From Octopus sinensis (taxonomy: Eukaryota): DNA of 64,000 bases. Positions 26,520-38,475 of this stretch are shown here, in pieces. Under the pieces are notes generated by a model. It was not told the origin of the DNA, did no database searches, and saw only the letters and a program-made list of their open reading frames with translations. The stretch spans positions 3,224,001 through 3,288,000 of the forward strand of contig NC_043022.1 of assembly GCF_006345805.1 (NCBI RefSeq), read 5' to 3'. The stretch's first letter is position 1. Each line of letters starts with the position of its first letter. Made by a program: the position numbers and the translations under genes.

Positions 26520-26910
26520 TCTCTAAGTAGATTTTTTCTCGCCCCTTATAAAACATCCAATATTCTTTAAATAGTCAGAACTTTATCTCGGTCACAAAGA
26601 ACATCTATACACCCTCACCCACATGATTGACCGATGCCTGACCCGTTGAATTCTTCAGCCACCGGTTCTCAACATACACTGATTAAACAGTTCGCCATGG
26701 GCTCTTAGGAGCACAGTTCGATTTGTTTTTTGCTCCGCCTCTGTTTGTTTTGTTTTTCCAACGGATTTCCTTTTTTCTTCCTGAAGAGAAAGACACAATA
26801 TGGTCCCTTATTCAATCGGATTTTGTAATTTGTGCCTTTCGAAACACGTGTAGAATGAAATAAAACGATTTCTGTTCAATCTGCGTTCAGCTCCATTTCT
26901 TCAATTCACG
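26520..26910 (+). mobile_element. Penelope-like element 3' remnant followed by (TA)n
   Basis: Degenerate SNIL.K*SELYLGHKEHL at about 26556-26610 resembles the PLE C-terminal LN.RSEL...CRH motif; hammerhead downstream. Confidence 0.55.
26771..26860 (+). ncRNA. Hammerhead ribozyme (type I) with extended stem II
   Basis: ttc-CTGAAGA-GAAAGaCACAA-(31 nt)-TTGTGcCTTTC-GAAA-C-acgt-G-TA-gaa: canonical core, GUA site, palindromic stem III. Confidence 0.7.
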
Positions 26911-26973
26911 TATATATAAAATATATATATATATATATATATAAATATTATATATATAAATATAAATATATAT

Positions 26974-27011
<38 letters not shown>

Positions 27012-27061
27012 AATATATATATATAATATATAAATATATATAATATATATATATAAATTAT

Positions 27062-27092
<31 letters not shown>

Positions 27093-27130
27093 AATATATA
27101 AATATATAATAATAAATATATAAAATATAT

Positions 27131-27182
<52 letters not shown>

Positions 27183-27370
27183 AATATATAGTTATCTGTT
27201 TGTGTCTGCCTTCCAAATGCTGTTTTTACTGAGATCTCCCTTTTTAGTAGAAGAAATAGCTATAACCCTTTGACTGCTATTTCTAAATTCGGTATGTGGT
27301 ATGGCAACTCGTTGCTAAACCCTTATTGCTTAGTATTATATAAATATATATATATTATATAAATATATAT

Positions 27371-27423
<53 letters not shown>

Positions 27424-27465
27424 AATATATATATATATTATATATATAAATATATATATATATAT

Positions 27466-27505
<40 letters not shown>

Positions 27506-27508
27506 TAT

Positions 27509-27541
<33 letters not shown>

Positions 27542-27585
27542 ATAAATATATATATATATATATATATAAATAATATATATATATC

Positions 27586-27619
<34 letters not shown>

Positions 27620-27646
27620 ATATATATATATAATAAATATATATAT

Positions 27647-27677
<31 letters not shown>
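26910..27677. repeat. Two long imperfect (TA)n tracts (26910-27190, 27335-27677)
   Basis: Directly visible. Confidence 0.95.
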
Positions 27678-27678
<1 letters not shown>

Positions 27679-27745
27679 TTCGATTTGGGATTTGGTTTGC
27701 AAGATTCTTTATATGATTTCGTGTGTGTTGAAGCATATTTTGTTG

Positions 27746-28013
27746 TGTCTGGGGAGAGTCATTTTCTTTTTGTGCCTTATAATATAACACACTCACCGGT
27801 AAAATTTCCACGTTTTTCTTATTTTTTATTGTCCTAAAATTTTCGTTGCGTCTTGCAACCTTTTCAGTAGTTTTGACTCTATTCAAAACTATTGAAAAGG
27901 TTGCAAGATGCAATGAAAATTTTAGGACAATAAAAAATAAGAAAAACGTGGAAATTTTACCAGTGAGTGTGTTACATAATAAGGCACAAAAAGAAAATGA
28001 TTCTCCCCAGACA
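27746..28013. mobile_element. ~270-bp near-perfect palindrome (inverted PLE-like terminal repeat) with a hammerhead-like motif in each arm
   Basis: Arms of ~130 bp centred near 27880; cta-TTGAAAA-g-GTTGC-aagat-GCAAT-GAAA-attt-tag at 27889-27925. Confidence 0.7.
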
Positions 28014-28894
28014 ATAGAATATATATATAGATAAAGATATAAGAAATTAAAATGACAAAGGAATAAGAGATTACATCATGACAGTCATGAGCTTACAGTT
28101 GTTTCTGCAATGCACTCCTAGCTGAGTACTTGTGTATCACCCTATAGCTTCAGCAGAGCTTCAAACATGAAGTGCATTGTGTCTTGTAGCAGAAACAGCA
28201 GTAAGCCAATGCATTTCATTGCATAATTTCTCTCCTTTGTCATTTTAATTTCTTAGTGGTTAAGGTATGTTGAAGTGTGGCTTGTGGAGATTTAACTGCT
28301 CTTTTCATTAGGTCAATCGACCACTTAAAGACCCTGTTGTTTGTCTGATTACATTCGCATGTGATTACTGATTTGTTTTGAAGTAATTCTCTTGGAATGG
28401 CTTTGGTTTTTAACTCCTTGGGAAACGAAACTGCTGTCAGAAACTGATGTCAGTGACTTGATAGGATAAACAACTTTACTGGGTTGATATGATAAACTTT
28501 TGTTGGTTGGAGGCCAATGGTCTCACAAACACATTTGTGTCTGGCTACCACCACTACCACCACCATCATCATAATCATCATCATCATCATCAGGGTTCTA
28601 TGTTTGCTTTTCCATGCTGGCATGTGTTGGGTGGTTTTCTTGAAGTAGTATGAAGAGAATACTTGAGATCAAGTGGCTGCAAAGAGTCTGAAATGACACA
28701 ATTGAGACAACAACGAGGATCAACCATGAGGATCAGCCATGAGGATCAACAGGATCTGCGACAAAATAAGACGTAGATGCTGCGACTGGATCAGACACAT
28801 CCTCAGACGGGATCGAGAAAGGGATTGTATGGTGGCAGCTTGAGGGAGAAGAAGTAACCACGGCATCCCAAAACCACATAAGCTTGAGAGGTGG

Positions 28895-29247
28895 TTGGAT
28901 GGAACCTACACTCGCCTCCTTATGAGAGCTCAAAATCTCTTGTGGAAGCGCCATCCAACCAAAATGCAAATATATGGGAAACTACCCCCTGTGTCATCTC
29001 TTGTGAAAGGTAGGAGAGTCCTGTTTGCTAGACATTGTTGTAGAGCTGAAAAAGAGGTAATTTCTACTCTTCTCCTCTGGAAGCCATCTACTCGCAGTAC
29101 CAGAGGGTGCACACTCTCCTACCCTGATGTAATCTCCAGGGATACAGGCATCCAGCAACAAGACCTCCGTAATGCTATGATGGACCGTGAAGTCTGGCAT
29201 AGCATGGTAAATTCCATTGTCTCGACCACAGTCAAACAATGATGATG
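28895..29247 (+). mobile_element. RTE-like LINE 3' end with (GAT)n tail
   Basis: DGTYTRLLMRAQNLLWKRHPTKMQIYGKLPPVSSLVKGRRVLFARHCCRAEKEVISTLLLWKP. Second copy at 36685-36907. Confidence 0.8.
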
Positions 29248-29389
29248 AAAACCACATAGCAAAGGGCCATTGACAAGAAAAAGAGATGAGAATGGTTGGA
29301 GAAGCTGGAATGATGAACTAAGTACCACTAAGCATTTTGGTCAACAGGCTAAAAACTATCACCACCAGATCATTGTGTTAATAAATATA

Positions 29390-29621
29390 TATTTCTTTAC
29401 TACCCACAAGGGGCTAAACACAGAGGGGACAGACAAGGACAGACAAAGGTATTAAGTCGACTACATCGACTCCAGTGCGTAATTGGTACTTAATTTATCG
29501 ACCCCGAAAGGATGAAAGGCAAAGTCGACCTCGGCGGAATTTGAACTTGGAACGTAACGACAGACGAAATACGGCTACGAATATCACCCGGGGTGCTAAC
29601 GTTTCTACCAGCTCGCTGCCT
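29390..29621 (-). mobile_element. SINE family A monomer with TSD
   Basis: Flanked by direct repeat ttgtgttaataaatata. Confidence 0.85.
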
Positions 29622-29714
29622 TTGTGTTAATAAATATACTTTCATATTAATTGCTGGTAGGGACACTATATTGTGTTATGCAACCTTAATACACAACCAT
29701 ATATACCATAAAGC

Positions 29715-29960
29715 ACTGGCTCATAAGGGTCGGTTTCCCGGTTTCCTTGGCGTATAGGTTCCCCACCTGGACAGGACGCCGGTCCGTTGCAGGTGAGCTG
29801 CAAGATGCAGGAAGAAAGAGTGAGAGAATTACCTTCTGCAGGGGCCGTGTGGAGCTTAGGCGTTTCGCTCATAAACACACACATCGCCCAGTCTGAGATT
29901 CGAACCCACGATCCCTCGACCGCGAATCCGCTGCTCTAACCACTAGGCCATGTGCCTCCA
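29715..29960 (-). mobile_element. tRNA-derived SINE (C-related)
   Basis: Head GGAGGCACATGGCCTAGTGGTTAGAGC and GGTTCGAATC B box; related copy at 16326-16540 (+). Confidence 0.75.
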
Positions 29961-30227
29961 CTCATGAAGCACTGTATATAGTAAGGTACAAATAAAACGA
30001 AAATCTATTTTCAAATGCAGAGATGTCATTAGAACAGCAGAAACATTAGGTAAACTACCGTTACAAAGCAGAAAAATTTGTCAGCAAACTGCAGATTAGT
30101 TTGTCAGTGGGCAGTTTAGCTTAACAATAAAGTACTTAGTCGGAGTCTTCAAGAGATATGGGTTCAAGTCCCATAGGTGTTTGTTGACAAATTTTTCCAC
30201 TTTGTCAGGGCAATTTACCCAATGTTT

Positions 30228-30999
30228 CTTATTTCTTTATTGCCCACAAGGGGCTAAACATAGAGGGAACAAACAAGGACAGACATAGGTATTAAGTCGA
30301 TTACATCGACCCCAGTGTGTAACTTGTACTTAATTTATCGACCCCGAAAGGATGAAAGGCAAAGTCGACCTCGGTGGAATTTGAACTCAGAACGTAATGG
30401 CACATGAAATACCTATTTCTTTATTACCCTCAAGGGGCTAAACATAGAGGGAACAAACTAGGACAGACATAGGTATTAAGTCGATTACATCGACCCCAGT
30501 GTGTAACTGGTACTTAATTTATCGACCCTGAAAGGATGAAAGGCAAAGTCGACCTCGGTGGAATTTGAACTCAAACGTAATGGCACATGAAATACCTATT
30601 TCTTTATTACCCACAAGGGGCTAAACATAGAGGGAACAAACTAGGACAGACAAAGGGATTAAGTCGATTACATCGACCCCAGTGTGTAACTGGTACTTAA
30701 TTTATCGACCCTGAAAGGATAAAAGGCAAAGTCGACCTCGGTGGAATTTGAACTCAGAACGTAATGGCACATGAAATACCTATTTCTTTATTACCCACAA
30801 GGGGCTAAACATAGAGGGAACAAACTAGGTCAGACAAACGGATTAAGTCGATTACATCGACCCCAGTGTGTAACTGGTACTTAATTTATCGACCCTGAAA
30901 GGATGAAAGGCAAAGTCGACCTCGGTGGAATTTGAACTCAGAACGTAATGGCACATGAAATACCGGTAAGCATTTCGTCCGGCATGCTAACGTTTCTGC
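30228..30999 (-). mobile_element. SINE family A tandem array, four 183-184-bp units
   Basis: Units at 30234, 30418, 30601 and 30785. Confidence 0.9.
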
Positions 31000-31063
31000 T
31001 ATTCTAACAACATCTCTGTGCTTGAAGATAAATTACCACCTTATTTGTATCTTAATATACACA

Positions 31064-31934
31064 CTAGCACTATACCCGGCAACGCCAGGTCATAGTGCTA
31101 GTGCATGCATATACAGCTGCGTGCGTGCGCACATACACACGAGTACTGTCCAAATCTCCGACCAATCACATACAGCTAGCTGACATTCAATTGGTGTATC
31201 AAGTTTCGGGCATTTTGATTGGGTTTTGGATAGAAAATTCACAAAAAAGTCACTTCTATTGGTTTTTTTAATGGCTTTGCGGGGTGACTGTGGAAATGTA
31301 AAGATGTGCACGACCACCCTTGAACGGTTTTGAATGACCATAGAAAGTGCGAGCCCTCTAACTGAAAAATTGTGGGTTTGTATAAAGGATACACACACAG
31401 ACATTTTGCCATTTATATATGTACTAGCAGCATAGCCCGGCATTGCCCGGGTATGTAAGAGCCCCTGGAGCAGACATGATGCTCGCTGTGAATTTTAAAA
31501 AAATTCCTGCCAATTTGTGAAAGATATTGTCGAAAATATGTCATCTTGAATTTGAACGCGATTTCCCAAAATGGCATGATTTTATCGATTTTTTCTGATG
31601 GTAAGGTATTGCATGGAAAACTAATGTCCGAATTAAGTTTCTTAGGGTAACATTAAGCTTCACCATGAGTTTGGTGAAAATCGATTGCAAGTTGCGAAAA
31701 CTACAACAGAAAATGTGTTGCAAATAAAAAGCTTAGATTCTCGATCCCATGTCGAATTTATCGATTTTTTTCCGAACTTGGGAAACTTTTCAAAATTTTC
31801 GCTGCGTTAGTTTTGAATTATGACATTGGGCTATGTGTGTGTCAAGTTTCATCAGAATCGGTTGAAAGCCGTGGTCAGGGTGAGGGTACAACCTGACAGA
31901 CACACAGACAAACTGCCGTTTATATAGAGAGAGA
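31064..31934 (-). mobile_element. Two non-autonomous Helitrons in tandem (31064-31421, 31424-31934)
   Basis: Each has CTAG plus a CCCGG hairpin at its 3' end and a tatataaa 5' end; A|TC at 31934. Confidence 0.78.
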
Positions 31935-32079
31935 TATATATTTTTTTTTTTGCGCCTATAGAGATTTCAGCACTTATATAAAAAAAAAAAACCAATGTTA
32001 GTTTCTTTATATTTATATACATGTACTGTATACAATTTTATTAAACACTGTAAACACTTGTTTTCTTGTGTTTGTGCAG

Positions 32080-32295
32080 GAGTTGGAGCAGGAACGCCAT
32101 GCGTTGCGTTTGAGGCTGGAATCCTTAGAGGCTGAGTATGAAAACACCGTGAAGGAACTGCAGGACGATGTCAACCAGCTGCGACAGGACTTGCAAGGGC
32201 AGCAGCAACAGCTGACGGCAGGGGACAAGGACAAGGTGAATATCATACGGGAGCTGACGCAACAGAACGAACGGCTGAGCGACCAAGTGCAACAT
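32080..32295 (+). CDS. BICDL1: Internal exon of a Bicaudal D-related protein (BICD family-like cargo adapter), coiled coil
   Basis: Acceptor ttttcttgtgtttgtgcag|GAG and donor CAT|gtaagt; 72 codons, phase 0/0. ELEQERHALRLRLESLEAEYENTVKELQDDVNQLRQDL...DKDKVNIIRELTQQNERLSDQV matches the recalled BICDR-1 segment LEQEKHELRRRFE...ELESDVKQLQDEL...DREKSRAVQELSEQNQRLLDQL. Confidence 0.88.
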
Positions 32296-32609
32296 GTAAG
32301 TATCTCCACTTAATGGGGTCAGTTGTTCCCACTTTTGGACATAAGTCCTGTTGTTGTTTTTGTGTTTAACCCCAGGTCGTCGTTAAGAGGTATTTTTGTG
32401 TGGTTGTGGTTAAAAAGCCTACTTTTCAGTCATAAGGTTTTGGGTTCAAACCCACTGTTTGGCACCCTGGGAAAGTGTCCTTTAATACAAATATACCCTG
32501 GGCTGTCCAAAAACTTGTAGGGGAATTTGGTTGATGGAAACTGTGTGGAAGCCCATCACATGTGTGTGTCTCCCCTTCCCTCTCATAGTTCCTTGTCTTG
32601 CAAGTTACT

Positions 32610-33528
32610 TGGTGACCCTGCGGGTGCTGGTGCCACATAAAAAGCATCCAGTCCACACTGTGAAGTGGTTGGCATTAGGAAGGGCATCCAGCTGTAAAAA
32701 CCACGCCAAAACTGACCTTGTCTGTGTTGGTGCCATGTAAAGAGCACTCGGGTCAACTGTGGAGTGGTTGGTGTTAGGAAGGGCATCCAGCCGTAAATAC
32801 CCTGCCAAAACAGACACAATGGCCTGTAGTAGTTTTCCTACCTGGCCGGCTCCTGTCAAACCGTACAACCCATGTCAGCATGGAAAGTGGATGCTAAACA
32901 ATGATGATGCTGATGATGATGATAGCGTGGTATTACAGCATTGACCTGACTATTTGATGTTGTTATACATCACTGGTCACAATGAGCTTTCCTTCATTTT
33001 AATGTTCGAAAGAAGTCACCCAGCTGGCTAGGTGAGCAGGCCCACAATCCCCGCTGATCAGTGGACTGGAGCAATGTGAAATGAAGTGTTTTTCTCAAGA
33101 AAACAACACACCACCCAGTCTGGGGATTGAGCCCATGATCTACCAATCACGAGTGCAACACCCTAACCACTAGGCCACACACACACATATCATCATCATC
33201 ATCATCGTTTAATGTCCGTTTTCCGCGCTAGCACGGGTTGGACGGTTCGACCGGGGTCTGGGAAGCCAGGGGCTGCTCCAGGCTCCAGTCTGATCTGGCA
33301 ATGTTTCTACGGCTGGATGCCCTTCCTAACGCCAACCACTCCGCGAGTGTAGTGGGTGCTTTTTACGTGCCACCTGCACAGGTGCCAGGGGGGGTCCGGC
33401 ATCGCTCACGATCGGTTGGAGCTTTTAACGTGCCAGCGGCACAGAAGCCAGTCAAGGCGGCGCTGGCAGCGTTCGGATGGTCTTTTTATGTGTCACCGGC
33501 ACAGGAGTTAGTCGGGGCGGCGCTGGCA
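32610..33528. mobile_element. Tail-to-tail family-D SINEs (32610-32920 +, 33190-33528 -) with an intervening SINE fragment
   Basis: (GAT)n/(CAT)n tails and shared body. Confidence 0.75.
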
Positions 33529-34062
33529 TATATAAATATAAATATAAATAAACACCCTGTGATAGGTGAAAATCTGTGAAGTAGAAACAGTATTGTATAT
33601 TTTTACAATTTGTATATATTTATTTTATTATAAACACAAAACAACACCACCCACCCACCTCCCGAGTTTCGTTTTCCATACAGTATGTCCAATTCTTTCT
33701 TTACTCATTTACGGTACATTATGTATTTCCTTTTCATATATTCTAAGTAATGTGTTATACAGTGCAGTATTGTACTGTATTTTTATTTATTAATTTATAG
33801 GTGCATAAATGCCACAGAAATAATTAAAATCTAGCAAAATATAAATACCTTTTGGTTGCAGAAACCCGTGATATAAATTTACATAGATTAGCCAGAAAAA
33901 TCCCTGATGTGCTGAGGGCATGGTTGGTGAACTGCAATATGGCGAGGGATTACTGTACAGCCAATGGTATACTCAGAGACTGTCCTTCGTGGTCTCTCCG
34001 TGGTAAGCGCAGCACGTGGCTGAGCAACTTCCTTTGTCTGGCTGTGATGGTGTCTTGCAGTT

Positions 34063-34611
34063 CACATAGGCCAGCTCTTCCCACATAGGCCAGCTCTTCC
34101 CACATAGGCCAGCTCTTCCCACATAGGCCAGCTCTTCCCACATAGGCCAGCTCTTCCCACATAGGCCAGCTCTTCCCACATAGGCCAGCTCTTCTCGCAT
34201 AGGCCAGCTCTTCCCACATAGGCCATCTCTTCCCACATAGGACATCTCTTCCCACATAGGCCAGCTCTTCCCACATAGGCCAACTCTTCCCACATAGGCC
34301 ATCTCTTCCCACATAGTCCAGCTCTTCCCACATAGGCCATCTCTTCCCATATAGGCCATCTCTTCCCACATAGGCCAGCTCTTCCCGCATAGGCCAGCTC
34401 TTCTTGCATAGGCCAGCTCTTCCCACATAGGCCATCTCTTCCCACATAGGCCATCTCTTCCCACATAGGACATCTCTTCCCACATAGGCCAGCTCTTCCC
34501 ACATAGGCCAGCTCTTCCCACATAGGCCAGCTCTTCCCACATAGGCCAGCTCTTCCCACATAGGCCAGCTCTTTTCGCATAGGCCAGCTCTTCCCACATA
34601 GGCCAGCTCTT
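34063..34611. repeat. 20-bp minisatellite (ccacataggccagctcttcc)n, about 27 copies
   Basis: Directly visible; abuts an RTE-like fragment (TITARQRKLLSHVLRLP, minus strand). Confidence 0.95.
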
Positions 34612-35208
34612 CATGATGGCATGAAGATATAACAAAGAACTGTATGTAAATACTTGGCCAAGATGGGAGTCAGCTGGGAAGAAGGGTGCAGTTTGGTTCA
34701 AAATAGTCCCACTTGGAGAACTGTCATCACTTGATGCTCAATGAGCAGATGATAATAGCACACACACACACACACACACACGTATGTATATGCGTGTGTG
34801 TGTTTGTTACCCCACGCCACTTGACAAATGGTGTTGGTTTATTTATGTCCCTGTTACCTAGCAGTTTGTAAAAAAACAACCAGCAGAGTAAGTACCAGGC
34901 TTTAAAAAGGATAAGTTGAGGGGGTGGGGTAATCTGTGTATGGCATGTGTGTGTGTTTGTGTGTGCATGTGTCCTCTCCCTATACCTCCTCCTCTCTCTT
35001 TTCTCTTCCTCACCCTCACTTTCCCCTATTTTCTCTTTCTCCATCTCTCTCTATCTCACTCTCTCTGTTTCTCTGTCTCTCATTTCTTGCTCTCTCTCTC
35101 GTTCTCTCTCTCTATCACACTCCCTCTCTGTCACTATCTCTCTCTATCACTCTCTCTGTCACACTCTCTATCATTCTGTTACACTCCCTCTCTATCACTG
35201 TCTGTCTG

Positions 35209-35240
<32 letters not shown>

Positions 35241-35535
35241 CATCAGAAGGGTCAATCAATGGTCACTCACAGCATCCCTTTTCCCAGAAATTGTTAAGAA
35301 TCAGAAGAGAGGTTAGCAACTTCTCACAGACAAACCAATATGTTACTGGTACGATCCATGGATGGTTGGATGAATCCATTCACCTTTATACCCCCACCAT
35401 CCTCACCCCCCACCACTACCATTTCTTCAAATATTTTTTCTATAACATGACACTAAACAATTTTTACTAGTTTGTTTGTTTTTTTAATTTGATTTACTTT
35501 AATTGTATTTTGTTTAATTTGATTTGTATTCACAG

Positions 35536-35649
35536 GCTGCTGAAATGGAAGGACAACTTGTTTCAGAAGTGGAGGGATTACGATCACAAGTCTCCTTACG
35601 GATGTCAATGCCTGACCAACTCGATCAGTTGGATGCACTGCATGCCAAG
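35536..35649 (+). CDS. BICDL1: Next internal exon of the Bicaudal D-related protein
   Basis: Acceptor tttgtattcacag|GCT and donor AAG|gtaagt; 38 codons, phase 0/0. AAEMEGQLVSEVEGLRSQVSLRMSMPDQLDQLDALHAK parallels the recalled BICDR-1 ASEVERQLSMQVHALRE...RLESLQAE. Confidence 0.82.
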
Positions 35650-36229
35650 GTAAGTAGGTCTCAGTAGTTCAATTTATGCTACAAATGTTTCAGTAGCATG
35701 TTAGTTTATTTGCACTAGATGCATTACAGAATACGGCATGCTGTATTCTGATAGGCTTTGTTACAGTTTCCATCGATCCAGTTTCACTTACAAGGTATTG
35801 CTTGACTCAAGGTTATAAAAAAATGACATTTACCCTAGATGACATGCAATGAGATTGAACCAAAGACCTAGTGGTTGTGAAGCAAATTTCTTAACCGTTT
35901 CACTACATTGAGCTTATTTATATATTTACACACTTCCTTATTATCAGACAACCAGTTTGACCAGATCTAAACCCTGTCTGGTGTAAGCAAGCAATACTTT
36001 TGGACTTGTATTTATTCAGGTATTACCAGACGTAATGTCTAGGTTTCATGTTTACTCCAGGAACACAGTGTAGAGAGAAGGAGATGTAGTTTCATCTATG
36101 GCAATATAACTGTGGACGTTATTAAACTTAGCACAAAACATGGAGGTCACTGCTAACTCTCACTGCACACGCAACTGTGTGCTGCCATCTGTTGGTGCAC
36201 TACAGAACCAGTGCAGGAACGTTTTGATA

Positions 36230-36393
36230 GGCGCAGGAGTGGCTGTGTGGTAAGTAGCTTGTTTACCAACCACATGGTTCCGGGTTCAGTCCCACTGCGT
36301 GGCATCTTGGGCAAGTGTCTTCTGCTATAGCCCGGGCCGACCAATGCCTTGTGAGTGGATTTGGTAGACGGAAACTGAAAGAAGCCCGTCGTA

Positions 36394-36425
<32 letters not shown>

Positions 36426-36646
36426 AATGTGTGTGTGTTTGTGTGTCTGTGTTTGTCCCCCTAGCATTGCTTGACAACCGATGCTGGTGTGTTTACGTCC
36501 CCGTCACTTAGCGGTTCGGCAAAAGAGACCGATAGAATAAGTACTGGGCTTACAAAGAATAAGTCCCGGGGTCGATTTGCTCGACTAAAGGCGGTGCTCC
36601 AGCATGGCCGCAGTCAAATGACTGAAACAAGTAAAAGAGTAAGAGT
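36230..36646 (+). mobile_element. SINE family B
   Basis: Full-length copy. Confidence 0.9.
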
Positions 36647-37708
36647 ATACACTAAAGCAAACTCTCACCTTCTAATCTTTACAATGTGAAAGGTAGGAGA
36701 GTCCAGTTTGCTGAAAAAGAGGTAATTTCTACTCTCCTCCTCTAGAAGCCATCTACTCGCAATACCAGAGGGCACACACTCTCCTACCCTGATGTAATCT
36801 CCAGGGATACAGGCATCCAGCAACAGGACCTCCGTAATGCCATGATGGCGTAGAATGGTAAATTTCATTGTCTCGACCACGGTCGAACAATGATGATGAT
36901 GATGATGAGCTGGTAGAATCGGTGAGGGTGTCAGACAAAAAACTCAGGGACAGTTCTGAAAGTATTACATTCTGAGTTCAAATGTCACCAAGGTCAACTT
37001 TACCATCCACCCTTTCAGGGTTGATAAAATAAGTACCAGTTGATTACTAGGGGTCAATATAATTGACTTGTCCCTCCCCACAAAATTCCAAACCTTGTGC
37101 CTATATCTTTCTTTTATGGTTTATCTCCTACTTGTTTTAGTCACTGGACTATGGCCATGCTGGGGCACCAAACATATCAACCCCAGTGCTTATTTCTTTT
37201 ATAAGCTTGGTACTTATTCTATTTGACTCTTTTTGCTGAACCGCTAAGTCATGAGGATGTAAACAAACCAATACCAGCTGTCAAACAGTGGAGGAAGATA
37301 AACATTAAGACACTCATACATATACACACACACTCACACACACACACTTACACACACAACACACACACACACACTCTCACACATCTATATATGATTGGCT
37401 TCTTTCAGTTTCTGTCTACCAAATTCATTCACAAAGCTGTGGTCAGCCTGGGGTTATAGAAGAAGACACTTGCCCAAGGGGTCTCACAGTGGGATTGAAC
37501 CCAGAACCATGTGATTGGGAAGCAAACGCCTTACCATACAGCTATTCCTGCATCTTGTAGAAAAGAAAAAGAAAAAAATTCTAAGCAGTGGAAATGTTTT
37601 GTTTGCATTTACAACACAAATGTAGAAACAGCCAGAAATATGTCAATTAAGTCTTAATTAACAATACATCATTAATAAAGCCTTTTTAAAAAAAATAAAA
37701 GCTACGTA

Positions 37709-38282
37709 GGCGTAGGAGTGGCTGTGTGGTAAGTAGCTTGCTTACCAACCACATGGTTCCGGGTTCAGTCCCACTGCGTGGCATCTTGGGCAAGTGTCTT
37801 CTGCTATAGCCTCGGGCCGACCAATGCCTTGTGATTGGATTTGGTAGACGGAAACTGAAAGAAGCCCGTCGTATATATGTATATATATATATGTGTGTGT
37901 ATAGGCGTAGGAGTGGCTGTGTGGTAAGTAGCTTGCTTACCAACTACATGGTTCCGGGTTCAGTCCTACTGCATGGCACCTTGGGCCGACCAAAGCCTTG
38001 TGAGTGGATTTGGTAGACGGAAACTGAAAGAAGCCTGGCGTATATATGTATGTATATGTGTGTATGTGTGTGTTTGAGTGTCTGTGTTTGTCCCCCCAAC
38101 ATCGTTTGACAACCGACGCTGGTGTGTTTACGTCCCCGTCACTTAGCGGTTCGGCAAAAGGGACCGATAGAATAAGTACTGGGCTTACAAAGAATAAGTC
38201 CTGGGGTCGATTTGCTCGACTAAAAGCGGTGCTCCAGCATGGCCACAGTCAAATGACCGAAGCGAGTAAAAGAGTAAAAAAG
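37709..38282 (+). mobile_element. SINE family B with duplicated head
   Basis: Heads at 37709 and about 37903. Confidence 0.85.
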
Positions 38283-38441
38283 TATGTTTCGTACACGTGG
38301 AAAGTTTTGCACCTTCCTTGTGGCCTGAAACTTGTGCACGTCCGGGTTTGGCATGGTTCTGCCTTTGATAGGGAAAGAAAGATAGGTGTGTTTGTGTGTG
38401 ATAAAGAGAGAGAAGGAGAGAATAGGGTCTGTGTGTGATAA

Positions 38442-38475
<34 letters not shown>

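Noticed and set aside
33950-34701. 215/242/172-aa minus-strand ORFs
   Set aside because: Stop-free 20-bp minisatellite.
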